Positions 39,201 to 48,799 of a stretch of DNA of 64,000 nucleotides are shown in pieces (the first letter of the stretch is position 1; each line of letters starts with the position of its first letter). Source of the DNA: Convolutriloba macropyga. Taxonomy: Eukaryota. Location: NCBI RefSeq assembly GCF_964194025.1, contig NC_134475.1, positions 37,076,001 through 37,140,000 on the forward strand. The letters run 5' to 3'. The position numbers and the translations under genes were made by a program. The notes under the pieces were generated by a model. It did not search any database. It was not told where the DNA came from and saw only the letters and a list, made by a program, of their open reading frames with translations.

Positions 39201-42002
39201 GTGTGTTTTCTCCAAAATTTTAGTTTTACAGATTTTGCGCTATTCTAGAACACTCTTAGTTTTCAACTAAGTTTTTTAAGCTTAATTTTGATTTTTGTGT
39301 GATCTCAAATTCTCTCAATCTGATATACTTTTATTGATACAATGAACGCGATTTCGAGAAACGGTGATATGTAGTTGTTATAGTGCAGTCGGTAATATGT
39401 GAGACTGCTACTCTGGGGGTCGATAGTTTAAACCCTTGTTGGGTACCCGCCCTTTTGTGGACATGAAAAATTCTAATCAACCCATGCCGCCTGTTTTTCG
39501 AGAGCAGTTCTTGCAACGCTGAGTCCTTTTATGTTCCTGTATGTGTGAGAGACGAGAAATGCGAATCCTATATATTAAACGCGTGAGCTCTAAAGCGGTA
39601 CGAACATTTTGCAAGTGTAAAGGGCCTCTCGAAACGCTTAATTAGGAGCCGCATTGAGCAGCATGGTTAACGAACATATCGAGAGAGGTCAATCACCTAA
39701 AAAGCTCAAAGTGGATGGGTGAGAACCTAACCTGTAATAAAAGACCATTAGTCAGGTGCAGTTACAACAAGGCTAAGAGGGCTTGAAAATATACTCGCAC
39801 AGAAGGAGGAGTTACTCTCCTGGGTAGAACTTGTTTTTTAAATGCTCCCGAACTGAGGTTGAAATTCCTATAGTAAACGTGTGTTTTCTGCAAAAATTTA
39901 GTTTTACAGATTCGGCGCTATTCTAGAACACTTTTAGCTTTCCACTATGTTTTTTACGCATAATTTTGGTTTTTATGATCTCAAATGCTCTCAATCTGAA
40001 ATACTTTTATTGATACAATAAACGCAATTTTGAGAAACGGTGATATGAAGTTGTTATAGTGCAGTTGGTAATATGTACGACTGCAACTCTGAGGGTCGAG
40101 AGTTCAAACCCGTGTTGGGTACCCTGGCTTTTGTGAACATGAAAACTTCTAATCAACCCACGCCGCCTGTTTTTCGAGAGCAGTTCTACCGACGCTGAGT
40201 CGATTTATGTTCCTGTGTGTTTGAGGGATGAGAAATGCCAATCCTATGTATGAAACGCGTGAGCTCTAAGATGGGACAAAACTTTTGCATTTTTAAGTGA
40301 ACTCTCCGAGCGCATTTTTAAGAGCCGCATTGAGCAGCATGGTTAAGAGATCATACCGAAAGAGGTCAATGACCTAAAATACTCAATGTAGATGGGTGAG
40401 ATCCGAACTTGGGACGAAAGACTGTTAGTCAGGTGCAGTTACCAAGAAGTTAAAAGGGCTTGAACATATGCTCGCTTGGAAGGAGAGGTTACTCTCCTGG
40501 GTACAACGTGTTTTTTAAATGCTCCCGAACTAAAGTTGAAGTTCTTATTGTAATTGTGTGTTTTCTGCAAAAATTTAGTTTTACAGATTCTGCACTATTC
40601 TAGAACACTCTTAGCTTTCAACTACAATTTTTACGCTTAATTTCGATTTTTGTGTGATCTCAAATGCTCTCAATCTGAATTATTTTTATTGATACAATAA
40701 ACAAGATTTTGAGAAGCGGGTACATGTAGTTGTTACAGTGCAGTTGGTAATATGTACGACTGCTACTCTGAGGGTCGAGAGTTTAAACCCGTGTTGGGTA
40801 CCCTACCTTTTGTGGACATGAAAATCTCTAATCAACCCATGCCGCCTGTTTTTCGAGAGCAGTTTTTGCGAAGCTGAGTCGTTTTATGTTCCTGTGTGTT
40901 TGATGGATGAGAAATGCTAATCCTATATATTATACGCGTGAGCTCTAAGATGGGACAAAATTTTTCCATTTTTAAGGGGCCTCCAGGAGCTTATGTTTAA
41001 AAGCCGCATTGAGCAGCATGGTTAAGTGAACATATCGATAGATGTCAATGACCTAAAAGACTTAATGTAGATGGGTGAGATCCGAAAATGGGACGAAAGA
41101 CTGTTAGTCAGGTGCAGTTACCATGAGGCCTAGAGGGCTTGAGCATATGCTCGCTTAGAAGGAGAAGTTACTCTCCTGGGTACGTGTTCTTTAAATGCTC
41201 CCGAACTAAATTTGGAGTTCTTATAGTAATTGTGTGTTTTCTGCAAAATTATAGTTTAACAGATTCTGCGCTACTCTAGAACACTCTTAGCTTTCAACTA
41301 AGTTTTTTACGTATAATTTTGTTTTTTAGTGATCTCAAATGCTCTCAATCTGAAATACTTTTATTGATACAATAAACGCGATTTTGAGAAACGGGGGTAT
41401 GTAGTTCTTTTAGTGCAGTTGGTAATATGTCGGACTGCTACTCGGAGGGTTGATAGTTCGAATCAGTGCTTGTAAGCCTCCCTTTTGTGGACATGAAAAT
41501 TTCTAATCAACCCATGCCGCCTGTTTTTCGAGAGCAGTTCTTGCGACGCTGAGTCATTTTATGTTCCTGTGTGTTTGAGGGATGAGAAATGCTAATCCTA
41601 TATATTAAACGCTTGAGCTCTCAGATGGAACAAAATTTTTGCTTTTTTAAGGGCCTCTCAAAGCGCATGTTTAAGAGCCCCATTAGGAGAACTTTCAACT
41701 AAAGTTTACACGCTTTACTTTTTGGTTTTGTGTGATCTCAAATGCTCTCAATCTGAAATATGTTGAATGATACGATAAAAGTGATTGTAAGAAACGTTGG
41801 TATGTAGTCGTTATAGTGCAGTTTGTAAGATGGAGGACTGCCACTCTGAAGGTCGAAGGTTCGAATCCGTGTCGGATAACCTCATTTTTGTAGACATATA
41901 AATTTCTAATCAACACCATGCCCCCTGTTGTTCGAGAGCACTTCTTGCGACGCTGAGTCGTTTTATGTTCCTGTGTTTGTGTTTGGGGGATGAAAATACT
42001 AA

Positions 42003-43250
42003 TATAATATATTAAAATTAACTCGCGCTCGAACGCAATGGTTAACTACGCTCCTGACTTCACATGTTTTAACGATCCTTAAACTTGCAGCCTATACAGC
42101 CATGCTTAAGTGCCTGATCTGCAAATTCTTTGTTGCTCTTTAGCCGTACAGCTTAGCAAAAATAGCGAGACAAAAAATCAATTGACCAAAATCTTGCCTA
42201 TGTAGCCACCACCGATAGACAACAGCAACAGGCGTCGGTAGCTCAAAAGAATAGATCTGTAGATGTGAAGAGAGGGGAATGGGTTCGAGCCCGAGTAGGG
42301 GAGGAAAAGTTTTCATAATGTACGGGGATGAAAAATGTACGCGGAGTTGGTTGTCTTTTTTCACTTCTTCATTTGTTTGCTTTTATTTTTTACTTATATC
42401 TTCGTTTCCTTCTTTCTCTTAGCCTTCATCTTTTATATCTTTCTCCATTTCTTTCTCTTCCTTTTATCTAATATATTAAATGTAAGTCGAAATTGAGCGC
42501 ATTGATTAACAGCGCTCCTATCGTCATATGTTTTAACAATCCTTAAACATGCAACCTACACGACCATTCTTAAGCGCCTGATCTGCAAATGTTTTTTACT
42601 CATTAAGCATACAGCTTGGCAAAAACAATCGAGACCAAAAGGCCATTGACCAAAGTTTTGAGTATGAAGCCACTTCTTTAGACAACAGCAACAGGCGTCG
42701 GTAGTACAAGGGATTAGAAATGTGGCTGTGAAGAGAGGGTCAAGGATTCGATCCCTAGTAGGTGCGAAAAAGGATGCATAGTGTACTGGGATAAAAAATG
42801 GGGAAATGAGTTTCCCTTACCCTTCATTTTTTGCTTTTATTTGTTACTTGTTTATAGTAATTATCAGTCGCAATTGAGCACAATGGTCAACAGCACTCCT
42901 ATCGCAATGTGTTTTAGGGGTCCTTAATGATGCATCCTAGCGTAATAAATGCGTTTTGAGACGCGCTTTACCATCATTTTTAAGCTCCTATTACGCACAT
43001 TTTTTTCGCACTCATTAGGCATGCGGTATAGCAAAGAAGCAAGTCACAAACGCCATTGTCCAGAAATTTGCTGTAGAAAGACAAGTGCAATATGTATAGA
43101 TAGCTTAGGTGGTGAGACCTATGGTTGTTGAGCGAGGGGCATGGGTTCCAGATCGAGTTGGTGCGAAACAGAAACCTTTACGAAACCTTCTTTTGAAACT
43201 TCCAATCTTGTAAATGATTTTCTTATGATTTTACGTGCCCGCTAGTAACA
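42003..43250 (+). repeat. Three diverged ~400-465-bp sister units, each with a tRNA-like module
   Basis: Units at ~42003, ~42467 and ~42850; tRNA-like segments at ~42232-42303 (GGTTCGAGCCC), ~42695-42767 and ~43092-43165; a CTAG|T occurs at ~43242-43246. Confidence 0.75.
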
Positions 43251-44077
43251 TTGAAGTGTCTCATTTTCAGGACCCTAGTTTTCAAAAACATAACGCCCTG
43301 TTCAGAAACCGAAGCGTACTGACTATTTTGTGTCCAAGAAAAGCAATAGAAGGCCAAGAAAAGGTCGGTGAAAGGAGTAGAGCTCGGATCCTAATCCTAT
43401 TGAAAATTTATTTGTAATTTTGAGGAAGCAGTTACCAAAACATAGATTTCGAGGCATCAATTACGAAAACAGACAATTACGAAAACAAGCAGCAAACACG
43501 AAAGCAGACATAAAATTTGAAATCAAAATGCAATTTTTGATGTTTGAAATGCTTTTTAAAAAATCTTTCGTTTTACGTAGCTTTTTGGTACCATAGTGTA
43601 CCGAAGGCTGCCCTATTGAACCTTGTTTGGTTGCCACCAAAATATAACAAACTATAACGCTAAATATAACAGCCTTATGACGTACTAGCCTAAGTAGAGA
43701 AAAAAATGTGAGCCTAGTCTTCCAAAACTTCTATTTCTCCTATGGCGAAACACATCTCGCAACATGAAGCGTAAGAAGCCGACTTTTAAACCAACTTTTG
43801 TGTAAAATTTCAAACGGGTTCTCTAAAATAATAAGAAAAAAGATTCTTCATGCCCTTGACTCTATTTCAAACTAGGTTTCAGACAACTCTCTATGGATGT
43901 CCAAAACTTCAGATTTAAGCTACATGTCGACATTTTTTAAATATTTCAAGAATTTCTCCGTTTCTTTGCAAATATCGGAAAAATCTAATATCAATTTTAA
44001 TATACACAAAACTAATATCAATTTTAAAACAAAAACACTGCAAACCGCAAATTATTTACGTTGAACGTATTATAAAA

Positions 44078-46877
44078 AATAATAGGATATAAAAAACATT
44101 CAGAAAGGTTTACTGAAATTGTCAAATTTTATAGAATTGATACTGTAAGTCCAAGGTGACTATTTTCGTGCCTAGCATCAAATGCTACTAGCCTCAAAAT
44201 AAAATTGTTTTTCAAGATTCAGGAAAGCGTTTATTCTAGGGGAAACCGTAAATGTAATCTTCAGGCAACAAGGCAACAAAGACGGCCAAAAATTGAAATA
44301 AGTTCGTTTTTTTCCTTGAAAACCTTGAAACCGTTAACAAACAGTTACTGTTCTAAAACAAAAATTTTTTTGAAAAAGAAACAAAAACGAGAAGAAAACA
44401 AAACAAATTAAAAAAATTTTACTTACTGTTTTCAATGATTTCACGTCTCCTTTCATCAATTGCAACCAATTCCACAAAAAAGATTTTTGCTGTTTTCACA
44501 AGATAAAGTTTTCAAAAAGAGAGTCCAATTAAAGCAGAAGCGACAGTAAACTCAACACAAGTTCTAAAAAGATCCTAGCTCGTCGACAACTTTTGTAGTT
44601 TTGGAGCAATTTGGACACCAAGACAGTTAAGCAGGGATTGATGCTGCATCTCTCAAAAATTTATGTTTTATCCAATTTCAATTGAGTACGATCATTATCA
44701 CGTTCTTCGAAAAAAAAAACAACAAAGAGGTCTTGTTTTGGTAAAAATACTATATTAAATGCAATCATTGACAATGGCTCGATCCAAACTACCTTTGAAA
44801 CTATGTTTATTTTTTTCTTTGGATTCACTTGAGTTTAGTTTGCATCAACTATCTCGAAACAAAAATTTTCAGTTTCGTCTTAATATTGATTAGATTGCTT
44901 TGAGTGTGATTGATGCTTAAGTATTTTTAAACTCTTGGAGTCTTTGCGTTGAGATTATTAGAGTGAAAAGGCAAACATTTGAATCGGCTCGAGAAAAAAA
45001 TGTTTCTTTCTTTGTAAATTTTGGGCAAGACATTTGCTCTAGAAAAAAACATTGCAGAGAAATTGTTAAATAGAAACAACGCACAAAATTACAAAAACGA
45101 ACCAAAAAGACAATTTTAACCTACGTACTCCTATAATGCATTTAGGGTACTGCTAAGGTTAATTCAGGTAATGAAAACCCAGATTATGGCAGAATTCTCG
45201 AGAGAATCATTCTATTTAGAGTTAAGGAAAAAGATATTTGACCTCAGTTAAGTTGAAATAACGAGCAGTTGACAGCGTTTTTAGTGAACAGAAAATTAAT
45301 TCCTTTTACCCTCGAATAGCTGTTACGGTATTTTTACGCAATTCAAGCTAGCTAACGTAGGTAAAGGCTACGCTGAAATGTCATTCAAGCGGGGAAAGTC
45401 TTTGCTAGAGTAAGAGGCTAGAGCATTTTATGGGAAGTCAAATTCGCATTCGCTTTACCGTTATCCCAAATTAGTAAAGGTGAACCTATTAGATAAAAAA
45501 TAGGCTATGAAAAATATGCAGATAGGGCTACTGAAATTCTCAAATTGTATAGAATTGATACTATAGGTTCAAGGTGATTATTTTCGTGCCTAGCATCAAA
45601 TGCTACTAGCCTCATAATAAAATTGTTTTTCAAGATTCAGGAAAGCGATTATTCTAGGGGAAACCGTAAATGTAATCTTCAGGCAACAAGGCAACAAAGC
45701 GGGCCAAAATTTGAAATAAGTTCATTTTCTTCCTTGAAAACCTTGAAACAGTTAACAGACAGTTAATGTTCTAAAACAAAATTTTTTTTGAAAAAGAAAC
45801 GAAAACGAGAAAACAAAACAAAAAAATTTTACTTACTGTGTTCAATGATTTCACGTCTCCTTTCATCACACGCAACCAATTCCACAAAAAAGAATTTTGC
45901 TATTTTCACAAGATAAAATTTTCAAAGTGTCCAGTTAAAGCAGAAGCCGCAGTAACCTCATTCAACCCCAGTTTCAAAGAGACCCTAGCTCGTCGAAAAC
46001 TTTTGCAGTTCTTGAGCAATTCGGACACCAAGACAGTTAAGCAGGGATTGAAGCTGCATCTCTCACAAACTTTTTTTTATCCAATTTCAATTGATTACGA
46101 TCATTATCACATATCACGTTCTTCGAAAGAAAACAACAAAGAGGTCTTGTTTTGGTAAAAACACTATATTAAATGCAGTCATTGATCAATGACTCGATGC
46201 AAACTACCTTTGAAACTATGTTGATTTTCTTTCTTTGGATTCACTTTAGTTTAGTTTGCATCAACTATCTCGAAACAAAAATTTTCATCAGTTTCGTCTT
46301 AATATTCACCAGAATACTTTGAGTGTGATGTTGATTAAGTATTTTTAAACTCTTGGAGTCTTTGCGTTGCGATTATTAGAGTAAAAATGTAAACATCAGA
46401 ATCCGCTCGAAAAAACAAGTTTCCGTTCTTTGTAAGTTTTGAACAAGAGAGTTGCTCTATAAAAACATTGAAGAGAAATGGTTCAATAGAAACAACGCAC
46501 AAAATTACAAAAACGAACCAAAAAGACGATTTCACCTTACGTACTCCTATAATGCATTTTAGGTACAGCTAAGGTTCATTCAGGTAATGAAAATCCAAAT
46601 TAAGGCAGAACTCTCCAGAATCTCATTTTTACTAGAGTTAAGGAAAAATTTTACTTGACCTCAGTTGTGAAATAACGAGCAGTTGACAGCGTTTTTTAGT
46701 GATCAGAAAATTAAGAAAGAAAATTACCATCGAATAACTGCTAAGGTATTTTTACGCAGTTCAAGGAAGTTAACATGGGTAAAGGTTAAGCTGAGATGTT
46801 TTTCAAGCGGGGAAAGTCTTCGCTAGTGTAAGAGGTTAGAGCATTTTATGGGAAGTTAAATTCACTTTACCGTTAGG
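44078..46877. repeat. Diverged tandem duplication, ~1.42-kb period, intronic
   Basis: gcctagcatcaaatgctactagcc at 44170 and 45588; colinear throughout. Confidence 0.92.
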
Positions 46878-46973
46878 TTTTTAGAGTAAATTTACTTATC
46901 TTGTATTTAGCTTGAGACACATTCAGTCCCTCGAGATACCCTCAATTTTGGGAGCTTGTTACAATAAACGTAC

Positions 46974-48631
46974 CTGCTCTCCAACGAGTGTTCGGATACA
47001 TATGGCTTCATGTGAATTTTGGCAGTGACTGAGAATGTTTTGCTGTTCGAGCCAGTGTCCAAGTGGAGCCCAGCAACAGTTCCATCAGTAGCCAGATTCA
47101 TATCCCTCTCCTCGCGATGACCCTGGACCAAATTTCGGATTCCTTTCATAATCAAATAGAAACAGTCATGTCTGAGAAGTTGAAAGTACGTCTGAAGGTA
47201 CTCGTCCAAAGATGAGTAGGGACCCTGGATTCGAACTGGTTTCAAGTTCAACAGCAGCTCGCTTTCGTTTTCTATGAACAGATGCAATTCACCCGCTGTG
47301 GGAGCCAAGCTCAGGTCCGAATTGGGATTAGTTTGCCCTGAGCTGATACCGTACAAGTGTCTGGTCTTGTATACATTTTCAAACTTGGCATTTTGGGCCA
47401 TTAATTGTTCGCATTTTTCCGAGTACTCTGGCAACAACCGGTTAAGAAGACTTAAAATATTCAAAAGTCTACCAGCTGGAATCACTGAGGAGTTGTCGTA
47501 ACTGCCCAGGAATCGTGACAACAGACTATCATGTGTGAAGAATTTATTGGCAGCCATAAATGACAGCAATTCTTTGGTTGTTGTGTCGCCTAAATGAGCT
47601 TCCGCAAAATCCAGCAAAACTAAAATGGCTCTGAGAATATTCTCAACTCTTACACCAGCAAATGTTGCATAACGCAGTAATGCTGTAACAATTGCTTTTG
47701 TGGGGCTATCTACTGCAAAATGCTGCGCAATTGTGCTCATGCCCTCAGATTGTTGGTCAGATTTCGTCTTAGCAAAAAATGTAACTGTTTCTAGAGCAAT
47801 AAAATTGATAGACGTTGGCTTGCGACCCTTTTCATCGAAGTTGAACTTCTTAAGGAACGCTTTTGATACGGGTGGGTTGAAATTAGGATTGTTTCGGTAT
47901 AACTGGACAGTTTGCGGGTCAAAAAAGGCTGTTAATACATCGCCTTCGATAAGTTGGTTACCCAAACTGAACAAATTCCTTAGCTCAAGTTTGCACAGTT
48001 TACTTTTAAAGCAACTCTGGTCGATTTTAGAAGTGTCAACAGTTACAAAGCAGTAGGACTTCCCCTTCGGAATTGACTGAACTTCGGCTTCGCAAGTTAA
48101 GTAGTTCGTCAACTTGGTGGAATCGTTCAAATTTAAGTCACTCTTGATGGAGTGGAACATTTCCTCTTCATCTCTCGACCGTCGAACTACAAATTCCTTC
48201 AGCTCAACGTTTTTTCTTTCTTCGCATACCTGAACAGAACATATAACTTCATCTGATTTGCTTAACAGCGTTCGTGATAGTCCACTAATCCATGATGCGT
48301 TGTGTTTTCGCATTTCGAATTCCAGCGTGGAGTTGATTCCCGATTCCTCAAAGATATGCAACGCTTTCTGATGTTGGTCCACAGACTTGTCAAGATGCAA
48401 CGTCAGTTGTCCGGTTCCATCTTTCTTAACTCGCTCAATTCTCGCTGGGATATTTGCAACTGTCTCAAACTCAGGCTCATTTTTGTTGTTGTTTTCATCT
48501 GCTATTACCACACTCACATGTTCACTCTGATCCATCAGTTTCAGGTGTTCGAGCGCAAACATCACCTGACTTGGTTTTCCCCTTTTTCCTCCCCGCTTGC
48601 CCCCGCCAACGTGATTCCACTCACCCACCAT
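46974..48631 (-). CDS. ZNFX1: ZNFX1-like helicase, coding exon 1 (N-terminal region)
   Basis: First ATG after an in-frame TGA is at 48631 (48640 in the track is GTG); PTAGEL and PVRIQGPYSSLDEYLQTYFQLLRHD match the ZNFX1 pre-helicase motif; ends at a strong donor. Confidence 0.88.
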
Positions 48632-48799
48632 TCTCGTCACTCAATGCCGGATTGTTCGCAGAGCCTATCAAATGTTCAGTTGTGTTAAAATGATTATCAA
48701 TGATAAGTAATATATAATGTGATTAAAACAATAGTTAAAATATTGCTATCATTACGCGTTGTGCATACTGCATTTTTTCCTAGTTAATATTTTGTTCTA

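Larger units (their letters stand above)
25335..42002 (+). repeat. Tandem array of 25 ~678-bp units with Helitron-like termini
   Basis: Unit starts at 25335, 26010, 26681, 27359, 28037 ... 40921, 41596 (last unit internally deleted, 407 bp); units begin TCCTATATAWTAAA and mostly end CTAG/CTAA. The repeat itself is certain; the Helitron origin is inferred. Confidence 0.95.
24929..43598. mobile_element. Putative non-autonomous TIR element (Transib-like end) enclosing the array
   Basis: Perfect 22-bp inverted repeat TATGGTACCAAAAAGCTACGTA at 24929-24950 and 43574-43595; the right end extends to CACTATGG; the left CAC and a TSD are not seen. Confidence 0.55.
24568..46973 (-). other. 22,406-bp phase-2 GT-AG intron of the ZNFX1-like gene
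   Basis: Donor CAG|GTACGT, branch-like ttaac, pyrimidine tract and CAG acceptor; the joined frame reads SLESR-YFLRGNLVAVS, matching the ZNFX1 'SKRL.YGSLVC.S' region. Confidence 0.88.

Noticed and set aside
26383-41919. Repeated 61-86 aa 'MQELLSKNRR' ORFs as a peptide gene family
   Set aside because: They mostly start at TTG/CTG rather than ATG, are lost in several units and are just the antisense reading of the tRNA-like module.
25335-42002. Functional tRNA, 5S or spliced-leader gene array, or CRISPR
   Set aside because: Acceptor, D and T stems mispair and the anticodon varies; no 5S similarity recognised; the Sm-like AATTTTGA alone is insufficient; no unique spacers or cas genes.
46907-46973. 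C-terminus of the 577-aa ORF, and the N-terminus of the 1900-aa ORF at 24568-24617
   Set aside because: Read-through into intron sequence beyond the splice sites; the 24617 start is TTG.
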